This document shows positions 1-9,376 of a DNA stretch of 47,676 bases, piece by piece. This DNA comes from Robiginitomaculum sp. Lineage in GTDB: Bacteria; Pseudomonadota; Alphaproteobacteria; Caulobacterales; Maricaulaceae. Position 1 is the stretch's first letter. Every line of letters begins with the position of its first letter. A program made the translations under genes and the position numbers. The notes beneath the pieces are model-generated. The model worked only from the letters and a program-made list of their open reading frames with translations, did not search any database and was not told the origin of the DNA. The stretch is from contig JAZGFA010000013.1 of the NCBI GenBank assembly GCA_036478975.1, positions 1 to 47,676 of the forward strand. Reading direction: 5' to 3'.

Positions 1-10
1 CAGTAAAAGC

Positions 11-511
11 CTAGCGTTTTGAGAACTGGAAGCTCTTACGGGCTTTCGCCTTACCGTATTTCTTCCGCTCAACGACGCGGCTATCGCGTGTTAGCATGCC
101 AGCGGCCTTTAGAGGCGGACGCAAGGCAGGCTCATACAAAGTCAAAGCTTTGGAAATGCCGTGACGCACTGCGCCGGCCTGACCAGAGAGGCCTCCGCCT
201 TTAACAGTCGCCATAACGTCATAGCCATCTACGCGGCCAGCGGCCTCAAAAGCTTGACGGATGATTAGGCGTAGAACCGGACGCGCAAAATACACTTCCT
301 GGTCACGGCCATTGATAACAATTTTGCCGGAGCCGGGTTTAATCCAAACGCGGGCAATAGAGTTTTTCCGTTTACCGGTAGCATATGAGCGGCCAAGATC
401 ATCGATCTTAGGCTCTGGCAATTCAGCAATTGGAGCGACGACAGCAGGGGCGCCATCAGCGGCAGGCACTTCGCCCGCCATAACTTGTTTTAAATCTTCA
501 AGACCAGCCAT
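11..511 (-). CDS. rpsI: 30S ribosomal protein S9
   Basis: [34 protein letters not shown] and C-terminal QFSKR motifs; follows rplM. Confidence 0.98.
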   Translation of the reverse strand: MAGLEDLKQVMAGEVPAADGAPAVVAPIAELPEPKIDDLGRSYATGKRKNSIARVWIKPGSGKIVINGRDQEVYFARPVLRLIIRQAFEAAGRVDGYDVMATVKGGGLSGQAGAVRHGISKALTLYEPALRPPLKAAGMLTRDSRVVERKKYGKAKARKSFQFSKR

Positions 512-513
512 GA

Positions 514-981
514 CTATGCCCCTTTACTATTTTTTGTGCTCATTGATTTGAAATCAATGATCGTAGGCTGCTGGGCAGCATGTGGATGATCAGGACCAGC
601 ATAAACCTTAAGGTTAGACAGCTGCTTGCGCGCAAGCGGGCTTTCTTTAGGAAGCATGCGCTGAACCGCTTTTTTCATAACGCGCTCAGGGAAACGGCCA
701 TCAAGGATTTTACCCGCAGTGCGCTCTTTAAGACCGCCCGGGTGACCCGTATGCCAGTAATAGGTTTTGTCATTACGTTTATTGCCCGTAAAGACGATTT
801 TATCCGCATTGATAACGATGACAAAGTCACCACAATCATTGTGAGGCGTGTAGGTTGGCAAATGCTTGCCGCGAAGACGCATGGCGATGAAAGATGCCAA
901 ACGGCCTGGAATAACGCCTTCAGCGTCAACTAGGATCCATTTTTTATCAATATCAGCGACTTTTAGAAACTCAGTTTTCAT
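514..981 (-). CDS. rplM: 50S ribosomal protein L13
   Basis: W-x-x-[33 protein letters not shown] and HPHAAQQP motifs. Confidence 0.98.
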   Translation of the reverse strand: MKTEFLKVADIDKKWILVDAEGVIPGRLASFIAMRLRGKHLPTYTPHNDCGDFVIVINADKIVFTGNKRNDKTYYWHTGHPGGLKERTAGKILDGRFPERVMKKAVQRMLPKESPLARKQLSNLKVYAGPDHPHAAQQPTIIDFKSMSTKNSKGA

Positions 982-1037
982 GATAGTGCCTATAAAATTA
1001 AGACGCCGGATATGACGCCTTTTTCATTCGATGCGCG

Positions 1038-1065
1038 CCTATAACACGCCCCTAAGCCACGTCAA
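1038..1065 (-). promoter_or_regulatory. Putative sigma70 promoter of rplM-rpsI
   Basis: Minus strand TTGACG, 16 nt, TATAGG, about 55 nt upstream of the rplM start. Confidence 0.4.
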
Positions 1066-1152
1066 GTCGCTGGCCCGCTAAAAACGGACCTTTATGCATT
1101 TATGTTTTAAATTCAAGGGGTTAGAAATGCGGTATAATAATACCTCATTTAT

Positions 1153-1527
1153 TTACGACCGCAAGCCCGCGAGTGTCTGGCGGTACTCCCAACGCGCAAT
1201 GCGGTGCAATACGGCGTCAATCCAGCCTTCGATATCTTGCACGGCAACCACGCGGGCCGTATGGCTAGCGCCCTCCCCGATAAGCGCTTCGGCTTGCTCG
1301 CAAACGTCGCCGAGCCCGCAGGCCCCGACCGCGCGGGCGCTGCCCTTAAGCGTATGGGTGACAGAGGTCCACGTTTCATCATCGGCTTTTGCAGTGAGCA
1401 GTTTTGACCACATTTCAGTTTGATGGCGAAACATGCCGAACACTTCCGCTGTCAAAGCCAAGTCGTCACCGACATATTGCTTGAGGTGGGAAAAGTCTAT
1501 CGCGGTATCTGCCGTTATCTGTGTCAT
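1153..1527 (-). CDS. Stand-alone Hpt (histidine phosphotransfer) protein, ShpA-like
   Basis: IDFSHL...GDD...EVFGMF and the phospho-His motif HTLKGSARAVGA; start placed at the ATG at 1527 instead of the TTG at 1557. Confidence 0.85.
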   Translation of the reverse strand: MTQITADTAIDFSHLKQYVGDDLALTAEVFGMFRHQTEMWSKLLTAKADDETWTSVTHTLKGSARAVGACGLGDVCEQAEALIGEGASHTARVVAVQDIEGWIDAVLHRIARWEYRQTLAGLRS

Positions 1528-1529
1528 AA

Positions 1530-1542
1530 TTAACCATAAGGC
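1530..1542. promoter_or_regulatory. Putative CtrA-type site TTAACCAT(AAGGC)
   Basis: Matches the ungapped CtrA motif TTAACCAT just upstream of the Hpt gene; the same 13-mer occurs at 41105-41117. Confidence 0.5.
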
Positions 1543-1561
1543 AACAAACCCCAACAAAAGA

Positions 1562-1588
1562 TGAACAAGGCGCTCAGCTTCGCTTCAG
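1562..1588 (+). promoter_or_regulatory. Putative response-regulator box TGAAC-N6-CTCAG-N6-TTCAG
   Basis: Half-sites at an 11-bp period just upstream of a -10-like TATTAT; same architecture at 11422-11448. Confidence 0.4.
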
Positions 1589-1645
1589 GCCCGCTATTAT
1601 AAACCCAAAGCTCTAGTCCATAGGACGTTACCAAAGGAGCCTCAC

Positions 1646-2377
1646 ATGCACCCCGCCCATCATATATCACCCCTTCGCCTAATCGGCGTCAGCTTGCTGG
1701 CCCTTGGCGGCCTCGCCTTCACGAGCGTCAACGCTTCCGCTAGCCCGCTAAAGGATGTGGCCATCGAAGCCGAATATCAAGCCCAACGCCCGGAACACGG
1801 CCATGGCACAACCGATCGCCGCCGCCGTGATCGTGACACAACCCATCGCCGTGACCGCGACCATGACACTACCCATAGGCGTCGCCGCGACCGTGACCAT
1901 GACAGCCGCCGTCGTCGCCGTAGCGATAGCCATGACCATGACCGCAGTCATCGCCGCGACCGTAGTCATCGCCGCGACCGAAATTGGCGCCGGGACCGCA
2001 ATTGGCGCCGTGAGCGCAGCCGCTCTCGCCGCCACGCCTATTACCCAAGCTGGGGTCACAATAATAGCTATGGCAATTCGCCCTATAGCCATCGCGGACA
2101 CCGCAATGATTACCGCAGCGCCCTAGGCATTAGCTTTAGCTTCGGCAATCCCGGCTATAGCCGCCATCGCTGGGCCCCGACCCGCACCCATTATTACAAT
2201 GCGGGTAATGGCTCCTATAATAGCTATAGTAATGGAACCCAGTGCCAACGGATTCTGGTTGAGGCCGACCATCACGGCCACAGGGAAACCATTAGCGTCA
2301 AGCAATGCTCTAACCCGTGGGATGGAAGCTATATCATCCAAGGCTCAGAGCGCGTCGTAAACTGCCTTTACAACTAG
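1646..2377 (+). CDS. Secreted Arg/His/Asp-rich low-complexity protein
   Basis: AAGGAG RBS, signal peptide ending near VNASA, RRDRDHD / RRDRSH / RRDRNW repeats, small C-terminal domain with 3 Cys, followed by a terminator. Confidence 0.8.
   Translation: MHPAHHISPLRLIGVSLLALGGLAFTSVNASASPLKDVAIEAEYQAQRPEHGHGTTDRRRRDRDTTHRRDRDHDTTHRRRRDRDHDSRRRRRSDSHDHDRSHRRDRSHRRDRNWRRDRNWRRERSRSRRHAYYPSWGHNNSYGNSPYSHRGHRNDYRSALGISFSFGNPGYSRHRWAPTRTHYYNAGNGSYNSYSNGTQCQRILVEADHHGHRETISVKQCSNPWDGSYIIQGSERVVNCLYN
1816..2030 (+). repeat. Degenerate intragenic tandem repeats (18-bp units and longer units)
   Basis: For example catcgccgcgaccgtagt / catcgccgcgaccgaaat / tggcgccgggaccgcaat, encoding HRRDRS, HRRDRN, WRRDRN. 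Confidence 0.8.
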
Positions 2378-2394
2378 GCAGCGTAATAAATGCG

Positions 2395-2421
2395 AAAAGA
2401 GGGGCCGTAGCCCCTCTTTTT
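2395..2421 (+). terminator. Intrinsic terminator
   Basis: aaaagaggggc-cgta-gcccctctttt followed by T. Confidence 0.85.
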
Positions 2422-2430
2422 ATGACTAAA

Positions 2431-2439
2431 TTATCCACA
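2431..2439 (+). promoter_or_regulatory. DnaA box upstream of dnaB
   Basis: Perfect TTATCCACA about 80 nt before the dnaB start. Confidence 0.7.
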
Positions 2440-2519
2440 GGACACAATTTAGCTGTACACAAGCGCCAAAGTTTGCCCCTGCCCCCTAGCGGGCCGCGAT
2501 TGGCGCGCTATAAGAGAGC

Positions 2520-4019
2520 ATGGCAACAGAACTCGACATGGATTACGGCCTCGATATAGAGGAAGACGCCCCGGAGGTCGCCCCACATAATATTGATGCG
2601 GAGCAGGCGCTTTTAGGCTCCATTTTATTTGATAATGAAGTGTATAACCGTCTTGGCGACTATTTGCGCGCCGAGCATTTCTACGATCCGGTGCATGAGC
2701 GCATTTTTGACGTGATTTCCGGCCTTATCCAGCGCGGCTCCCTCGCCGACGCGGTTGTGCTTAAAAACCGGTTTGAGCAAGACGAAGGGCTCGCGGAAAT
2801 TGGCGGGGTGGAATATCTCTCCTTTCTTTTGCAAAACGCTCCGTCCGGCGCCGCCGCGCCCAGCTATGCCAAGCTGATATTTGACCTCGCCATTCGCCGT
2901 GAACTTATTCGGGTTGGCTCTGAAATTCGCATGTTTGCCGAAAGCGCCGAGACCGAAGCCAATGCCGAAGAGCAAATCGAGCTAGCCGAGCGCAAGCTGT
3001 TTGACCTTGCCGAGACCGGCGGAGCGCAAGGCGGCTTTGACAGTTTTGAAACCGCCGTTATCAACTCCATTAAAATGGCCAGCGCCGCCTATGAACGCGA
3101 TGGCGGCCTGTCGGGCATATCCACCGGGCTTATTGATCTGGATAGGAAACTTGGCGGCTTGCACGGATCTGACCTCATCATCCTCGCGGGACGCCCGTCC
3201 ATGGGCAAGACCGCCCTCGCCGCCAATATCGCTTTCCATGTGGCCCGCCACCATAAAATGGGCAAGGATAATGCGGGTAATGAGCGCCTGCTTGACGGCG
3301 GCGCGGTGGCATTTTTTAGCCTTGAAATGTCCTCGGAGCAGCTGGCCACACGGCTGATCGCCGAGCATAGCGGCGTGCCGTCCAATAAAATCCGGCGCGG
3401 GGATATCACCCCTGACCAATTCGAATCCATTCGCGATAGCGCCTCGGAACTGCAGCAAATCCCGCTATTTATTGACGATACGGGCGGCCTGTCCATTGGC
3501 GCGCTTGTTGCCCGTTCTCGCCGCCTAAAGCGCACGCACGGGCTTGACCTTATCGTGGTGGATTATTTGCAGCTTTTAACCGGCGGCAGTTTGATGAAAT
3601 CCTCCGATAACCGCGTGCAGGAAATCACCGCCATTACTATGGGCCTTAAATCGCTAGCCAAGGAACTTGACGTTCCCGTCCTCGCCCTCGCCCAGCTCTC
3701 ACGCCAAGTTGAGCAGCGCGACGATAAGCGGCCCCTGCTGTCTGATTTGCGCGAATCCGGCTCTATCGAGCAAGACGCCGACGTGGTGATGTTTGTTTAC
3801 CGCGAGGAATATTACAAAGAGCGCGAACAGCCTAGCGAAGGCACGGCCGAGCATGAAACTTGGCAAAACGATATGGCCGATTTGCACGGCAAGGCCGAAG
3901 TCATTATCGGCAAGCAGCGCCACGGGCCTATCGGCACGGTCAAGCTCTCCTTTACCGCCGAGCTGACCAAATTTGGTAATCTCGCCCAAGATGACCGCTA
4001 CGAATCAAACGGCTACTAA
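2520..4019 (+). CDS. dnaB: Replicative DNA helicase
   Basis: PHNIDAEQALLG, Walker A AGRPSMGKT, VVDYLQL, QLSRQVEQR, DLRESGSIEQDAD, KQRHGP. Confidence 0.98.
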   Translation: MATELDMDYGLDIEEDAPEVAPHNIDAEQALLGSILFDNEVYNRLGDYLRAEHFYDPVHERIFDVISGLIQRGSLADAVVLKNRFEQDEGLAEIGGVEYLSFLLQNAPSGAAAPSYAKLIFDLAIRRELIRVGSEIRMFAESAETEANAEEQIELAERKLFDLAETGGAQGGFDSFETAVINSIKMASAAYERDGGLSGISTGLIDLDRKLGGLHGSDLIILAGRPSMGKTALAANIAFHVARHHKMGKDNAGNERLLDGGAVAFFSLEMSSEQLATRLIAEHSGVPSNKIRRGDITPDQFESIRDSASELQQIPLFIDDTGGLSIGALVARSRRLKRTHGLDLIVVDYLQLLTGGSLMKSSDNRVQEITAITMGLKSLAKELDVPVLALAQLSRQVEQRDDKRPLLSDLRESGSIEQDADVVMFVYREEYYKEREQPSEGTAEHETWQNDMADLHGKAEVIIGKQRHGPIGTVKLSFTAELTKFGNLAQDDRYESNGY

Positions 4020-4078
4020 CGCTTCCGCTTTCCACTAAAGCCCTAGGCGCGCGCCCCGCAATGGGTTAGAGCCTTGCT

Positions 4079-5419
4079 ATGAGCGATTTTAAGAAACCAT
4101 CCGGCGGCCGAAAAAGCCTATCCGGCAGAAAATTCACCGCAGGCAAGCCCCCGGGCTTTTCGCGCCACCAGAAAAAAACCGATGACGGCGGCAAAGACCG
4201 CCCGGAGCGCGTGCCCCACCTTGCCCCCAAGACCTATAGCTCGGCTCCGCGTGCCGGCGCGCAAATACTTGGGGCACATGTGGCCCGCAATCCCGTGCGC
4301 CTCGACGCCGACGGCAAGCCGATTCCCAAAACCTCTGGCCGCCCTGCCCTGCATATCGACATGAAGACGCTTAAGGATAATTACCGCGCCCTCACCGCCA
4401 AAATCGCCAAGCCGGGCAAGCCCGTCACCATTGCCGCCTGCGTTAAAGCCGACGCTTACGGCCTTGGCATGGGGCCTGTGGCCAAAGCGCTTTACGGCCT
4501 TGGATGCCGCGCATTTTTTGTCGCCCACCCGATGGAAGGGCGGCTTTTGCGCGAAATCATTGGCGGCGGCGCGACGATTTATGTGCTGAACGGGCCAAGC
4601 GAAGCGGAGATGCAAATCTTCTTTGGCAGTAAATTAAAACCCGTGCTCAATAGCTATAGCCAAGCGCGGCTCTGGGCGAGCGCCATTCGCAAGCATGAAT
4701 ATCAGCCGCGCTCGGTCATCCACATTGATACGGGTATGAACCGGCTTGGCTTTGAAGCGGCGGAGTTAACCCGCCTTGTCAATGACAAGCCCTTGCTCGC
4801 CTCGCTAGATATTGAACTCGTAATGAGCCATTTGGCCTGCGCGGGTGACCCAAAATCGCCGAGCAATGCCAAGCAATTATCGGCGTTCAAAGCCGCCGCG
4901 AGCCAGCTCCCGCCCGTCACGTTAAGCCTTGCCAATTCGGCGGGTATTTACCTCGGAAAAGCCTATCATTTCAACATGGTACGCCCCGGAGCGGCGCTTT
5001 ATGGCCTGTCCGTCACCAGCGCTAAAGAGGACCATAAACCGGTCGTGTCCATCAGCGCCCCAATCCTGCAAACCCGCATTCTTAAAAAGGGCGAGAGCGC
5101 CGGATATAATGCCAGCTTCACCGCCAAGAGCGACATGCGCGTCGCCACTATCGCCGCCGGTTATGCGGACGGCATTCCCGTAGCGGCGAGCAATATCGGG
5201 CACGGCACATTAGCGGGCAGAAAAATGCCGATTATTGGCCGCGTCTCCATGGACTTAACAATGCTCGATGCCAGCGGCTTTAGCGGCGAGATTAAGCCCG
5301 GCGACCGCGTGCATTTCTACGGCGACCAATTAGAGGCGCAGGCGGGGGCCATGGGCCTGCTCAATTACGAAATGCTAACCCGTCTCGGCTCGCGCTTTAG
5401 GCGTGAGTATAAGAAGTAA
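4079..5419 (+). CDS. alr: Alanine racemase with a long basic N-terminal extension
   Basis: PLP-lysine motif VKADAYGLG, HIDTGMNRLG, SHLACA, GYADG, GRVSMD; start position uncertain. Confidence 0.93.
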   Translation: MSDFKKPSGGRKSLSGRKFTAGKPPGFSRHQKKTDDGGKDRPERVPHLAPKTYSSAPRAGAQILGAHVARNPVRLDADGKPIPKTSGRPALHIDMKTLKDNYRALTAKIAKPGKPVTIAACVKADAYGLGMGPVAKALYGLGCRAFFVAHPMEGRLLREIIGGGATIYVLNGPSEAEMQIFFGSKLKPVLNSYSQARLWASAIRKHEYQPRSVIHIDTGMNRLGFEAAELTRLVNDKPLLASLDIELVMSHLACAGDPKSPSNAKQLSAFKAAASQLPPVTLSLANSAGIYLGKAYHFNMVRPGAALYGLSVTSAKEDHKPVVSISAPILQTRILKKGESAGYNASFTAKSDMRVATIAAGYADGIPVAASNIGHGTLAGRKMPIIGRVSMDLTMLDASGFSGEIKPGDRVHFYGDQLEAQAGAMGLLNYEMLTRLGSRFRREYKK

Positions 5420-5424
5420 GCCCC

Positions 5425-6933
5425 CTACTGACGGTCCATGCCCTGTATCATATGGGCATAGCCTTCCACCATGAGCGGGATATTGCTGACCGCGAGCCGT
5501 TCATTGGTTCCGTGAATACCTTTCGTGTCGGCCATGGTCATGCGGGCGGGAACGAAGCGGTAAATGTTTTTGGAAATTTTCACGGCGTAGCGCGAATCCG
5601 TGCCGCCAAGCACGAGGGCCGGCACGACGGGGGCGCGCTCTCCGCCCGTATTCGCGGCCACGGCCCGCATCACGCTAAAGGCTTTATTATCGGTCGGGGA
5701 CACCGGAGCGGGCTCCGAGCTAAAACCCGCTACGGCGTCACGGTCAATGCTGACGCCATCAATATTTGCGAGCACTTTTTCCACATGGGCTCTCACGCTT
5801 TCGCTACTATCTTCGGGATGGATACGGAAATTGACCAAAGCCGTGGCCTTTTGCGGCAGGACATTTTCCTTAACCGAGCCGGACAGCATGGTCGGCGCCA
5901 TGGTGGTGCGTATCATCGCGTTCATCACGCCGCTACTCGCCATTTGTTTTTCTACTAACGGGGCGGTTATCCACGTATTGGCGAGCATAAAGCGTTGCAT
6001 GAACGGCATTTCTGCGGCCATGGATTTAAAGAACTGGCTGACCGTGTCTGACTTTAAATGGGACGGAAGTTGATTTTCCTCAAGCGCCAAAAGCGCCTTA
6101 GCCAGTTGAATATTAGCCGAGTTTCGCGGCGGCATGGAGCTATGCCCGCCGGTCGCCTCAGAAACAATATGCAAAGTCATATATCCCTTTTCCGATACGC
6201 CGATATAGCTGAGCGGACTGGTAAAGCCGGGCGTGTCTTCAACCACCATAAAGCCTTCATCGACGACCAGTTCAGGGCGTACGCCGCGCGCGTGCAAGAC
6301 GTCAATCGCCGCGCTTGCGCCGGAGCCGCTAACTTCTTCGTCATGGCCAAATAGCAAAATAACCGTGCGTTTCGGCTTAAATCCAGAGGCAATCAGCCCC
6401 TCTGTCGCCTCTAATATGGTAATGACGCTGGCCTTGTCGTCTTGGGTTCCGCGCCCGTAAATATAGCCATCCGCGATCTCGCCAGAAAAGGCGGGGCGCT
6501 GCCATTCATCAAGCGTGCCCTCATTAACAGGAACCACATCTTGGTGAGCCATTAATAGGGTCGGCGCAAGGCTAGAATCGCTGCCCTGCCATGTGTAGAG
6601 CAGTGTATAATCGGCGACAATTTCGCGCTTCATCGCCGCGTGGGTCAGCGGATAGCTCTCTTCTAAAAACGCGCGTAAATCGAGCCAAGGCTGGGCCGCT
6701 TCCTCGCCTACCGGATCGCCGGATTTATAGGTGACGGTTTTAATCTTAATCGCCGCGCTAAGGCGCGATAAGCCCCCCGCCGCGTCAACCGCAATTGCGG
6801 CGGGCAATGGGGCGCTTGTCGTCTCCGCGCCCTGCGCCGCCTTGCCATAGGTCAAAACCCTGGCAAACATCACCACAATAATAGCCCCTAGTACAATTAG
6901 CCCGCTCACTAAAAATTTGCGCGTTCCACTCAT
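5425..6933 (-). CDS. M20 family metallo-peptidase/amidohydrolase (CPS1/PM20D1-like) with N-terminal anchor
   Basis: AHQDVVP, YGRGTQDDK, GHDEEV, VVDEG, GGHSSMPP, GGTDSR, IHGTNER. Confidence 0.9.
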   Translation of the reverse strand: MSGTRKFLVSGLIVLGAIIVVMFARVLTYGKAAQGAETTSAPLPAAIAVDAAGGLSRLSAAIKIKTVTYKSGDPVGEEAAQPWLDLRAFLEESYPLTHAAMKREIVADYTLLYTWQGSDSSLAPTLLMAHQDVVPVNEGTLDEWQRPAFSGEIADGYIYGRGTQDDKASVITILEATEGLIASGFKPKRTVILLFGHDEEVSGSGASAAIDVLHARGVRPELVVDEGFMVVEDTPGFTSPLSYIGVSEKGYMTLHIVSEATGGHSSMPPRNSANIQLAKALLALEENQLPSHLKSDTVSQFFKSMAAEMPFMQRFMLANTWITAPLVEKQMASSGVMNAMIRTTMAPTMLSGSVKENVLPQKATALVNFRIHPEDSSESVRAHVEKVLANIDGVSIDRDAVAGFSSEPAPVSPTDNKAFSVMRAVAANTGGERAPVVPALVLGGTDSRYAVKISKNIYRFVPARMTMADTKGIHGTNERLAVSNIPLMVEGYAHMIQGMDRQ

Positions 6934-7064
6934 TTTCTCAATACCCCCTTATGGCCGTTATGCTCTCTGCGACACTAACCCCAAGCTCCGCGCGGCGCAA
7001 TAATTGGTTAGCCCGATTATCAAGGCTATGATAGGCTGGTTTTAAATCACATCAGGAGAAGTTT

Positions 7065-7811
7065 ATGCCCAGTGCCGATATGTCAAAATCCGTAATGGAC
7101 GCGCAAGCGTTTTTGGAACAAATCTTTGCCACGGGCAAAGAACTTGCCGCTAAGGGCAAAGCCAGCTCCGGCCCTGCCATTGCTAAGGCGACGAAAAAAT
7201 CAAAGGCGTTGGCCAAACAAGGCGAAGACATATTAGTGGAAAAACTTGGGGTTGAAGACAGCGCCCTCAGCCGCGAGACCTTACGCAAAGGCGTGGCCAC
7301 CGGCGCGGCGGCGGGCGCGCTTGCCCTGCTCCTTGCCTCACGCTCTGGCCGTAAATTGGCCGTGGTCGGCGGCCTCGCTGGCCTTGGAACAATCGCCTAT
7401 AAGGCCTACGAGAAAAACGGCGGCAAAATGCCCGGCAGCGTAAGCGAGGCCATTGGCATTTTAAAAGGCGAGAAATCCGTCTACCGCTCACAAGCGCTTA
7501 TCGCCGCCATGATTGCCGCCGCCAAAGCCGACGGCACAATTGATGACGCGGAGCTAGCCTTTATTCGGGCGCACGAATCCGTTGACGCGGACGCGCTCAA
7601 AATTGCAATCGAAGCCTCGCCGGACGCAAAGGCCATCGCCAAACTCTCCGATAGCCCGCAAGCCGCGCGCGAAATTTACGCCGTCTCCTGCCGCGTCGCC
7701 AATGGCCTAAACCCCAAAGAGCGCGACTATCTCGACGCCCTCGCCATGGCCCTAAAACTAGACCCAGAACTCGCCGCCCGCATCGAAACCGACATGCGGA
7801 CGGGAAGCTAA
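7065..7811 (+). CDS. DUF533 / YebE (TerB-like) family protein
   Basis: GGLAGLGTIAYKAY, AMIAAAKADGTIDDAE, AREIY...ERDYLDALAMALKL. Confidence 0.85.
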   Translation: MPSADMSKSVMDAQAFLEQIFATGKELAAKGKASSGPAIAKATKKSKALAKQGEDILVEKLGVEDSALSRETLRKGVATGAAAGALALLLASRSGRKLAVVGGLAGLGTIAYKAYEKNGGKMPGSVSEAIGILKGEKSVYRSQALIAAMIAAAKADGTIDDAELAFIRAHESVDADALKIAIEASPDAKAIAKLSDSPQAAREIYAVSCRVANGLNPKERDYLDALAMALKLDPELAARIETDMRTGS

Positions 7812-8170
7812 TGCGCGCCCTACTCCTCATATTAGCCTTTATCCTTAGCGCCTGCACGCCGCAGACGGGCGGGCCATATGGGCCGCCGCCGGGCTTTCCA
7901 ATTAGCAGTCCTATGGATCCTAGCGCGCGCTCTTGCGGCGGCATGGTTGCGGGCGGAGCGCAGAGCTGTAATGCCGGAGAGTATTGCCACCGCACCATCA
8001 AAGACATGTGCGGAGCGGCGGACGCGCCGGGCGTGTGCCAGATTAAGCCCGAAATGTGCACCCAGGAATACGGCCCGGTTTGCGGCTGTGACGGGAAAAC
8101 CTATTCCAATGAATGCACCGCCAATGGCAATGGGGTTAGCGCCGCTTACGCCGGGGAATGTCGCCCCTAG
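7811..8170 (+). CDS. Kazal-type serine protease inhibitor lipoprotein
   Basis: Lipobox LSAC; CTQEYGPVCGCDGKTYSNEC...GEC; start overlaps the previous stop (TAATG). Confidence 0.88.
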   Translation: MRALLLILAFILSACTPQTGGPYGPPPGFPISSPMDPSARSCGGMVAGGAQSCNAGEYCHRTIKDMCGAADAPGVCQIKPEMCTQEYGPVCGCDGKTYSNECTANGNGVSAAYAGECRP

Positions 8171-8188
8171 CGGTGAGCGGCTTTCGGT

Positions 8189-9376
8189 ATGTTTCAGACC
8201 TTTTTCCAAGATTTACGGGCGGCTAAAATCCCCGTTTCCATACGCGAATATCTCACCTTGATTGAGGCGCTCGATAAGGGCGTGGTTGAGGATAATGTTG
8301 ACCAGTTTTACTATGTGTCACGCACGATATTGGTCAAGGATGAGCGCGACCTCGACAAATTTGACCAAGTGTTTAGCCATGTGTTTCGCGGCATGGATTA
8401 TTTGCCAGACTTCTTTGGACAGGAAGCCGTGGACCTTCCCGAAGACTGGCTTAAGGCGATGGCGGAGAAATTTCTCAGCCCCGAAGAAATGGCGGAAATC
8501 GAATCCAAGGGCGGATTTGAAGCCTTGATGGAAGCGCTAAAAGAGCGGCTCGACAATCAAGATACGCGCCATGAGGGCGGCAATAAAAACATCGGCACGG
8601 CGGGGACATCCCCCTTTGGCGCTTATGGTTATAACCCCGAAGGCGTGCGCATTGGCCAAGATAAGGGCCGCCACGGCCGCGCCACTAAGGTGTGGGATAA
8701 GCGCACGTTTAAAAACCTCGACGGTGATAAGGAAATCGGCACGCGCAATATCAAAGTCGCCCTGCGCCGCCTGCGTAAATTTGCCCGCGAAGGCGCCGCC
8801 GATGAGCTTGATTTGCAAGGCACTATTAATGGCACAGCCAAGCAAGGCTGGCTTGATATTCAAATGCGGCCAGAGCGGCGCAACGCGGTTAAAGTGCTCG
8901 CGTTTTTTGACGTGGGCGGGTCAATGGATAGCTATATCGCCAAGGCCGAGGAGCTGTTTTCCGCCGCACGCTCTGAATTTAAACGGCTGGAATATTTCTA
9001 TTTTCACAATTGCCTGTATGAAAATGTCTGGCGCGATAATCATCGCCGCATGCGCGAAGTCACGCCGACTTGGGATATTCTCCACAAATACGCCTCAGAT
9101 TATCGCGTGGTGATTGTCGGCGACGCGGCCATGTCCCCCTATGAAGTTTCCATGAAGGGCGGCTCGGTTGAGCATTGGAACGCGGAGAGCGGCGCAACAT
9201 GGCTGCGACGCCTCGTCGAAGTTTATGACAATATTGTCTGGATAAATCCGACAGATGCGCAATATTGGCGCTATAGCCAATCCACCCAAATGATAAAAGA
9301 TATTATCGGGGAGCATCGCATGTTCCCCATGACATTAACCGGCATAGAAAATGCCATGAAGGAATTAGCACGATGA
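8189..9376 (+). CDS. VWA-domain protein (CoxE-like MoxR partner)
   Basis: FDVGGSMD MIDAS-like motif, YFYFHNC, VGDAAMSPYE, WINP. Confidence 0.88.
   Translation: MFQTFFQDLRAAKIPVSIREYLTLIEALDKGVVEDNVDQFYYVSRTILVKDERDLDKFDQVFSHVFRGMDYLPDFFGQEAVDLPEDWLKAMAEKFLSPEEMAEIESKGGFEALMEALKERLDNQDTRHEGGNKNIGTAGTSPFGAYGYNPEGVRIGQDKGRHGRATKVWDKRTFKNLDGDKEIGTRNIKVALRRLRKFAREGAADELDLQGTINGTAKQGWLDIQMRPERRNAVKVLAFFDVGGSMDSYIAKAEELFSAARSEFKRLEYFYFHNCLYENVWRDNHRRMREVTPTWDILHKYASDYRVVIVGDAAMSPYEVSMKGGSVEHWNAESGATWLRRLVEVYDNIVWINPTDAQYWRYSQSTQMIKDIIGEHRMFPMTLTGIENAMKELAR

Noticed and set aside
1748-2126. Hydrophobic alternative-frame ORFs 1748-2101 (-) and 1755-2126 (+)
   Set aside because: By-products of the Arg/Asp/His repeat codons; the frame starting at 1646 has the RBS, signal peptide and terminator
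2452-2462. gctgtacacaa shared with 10436-10446
   Set aside because: The copy near dksA fits a -10 element of a TTGAAG-N17-TACAGC promoter; a short match with no other support
2520-4019. Intein in DnaB
   Set aside because: Length (499 aa) and motif spacing are normal
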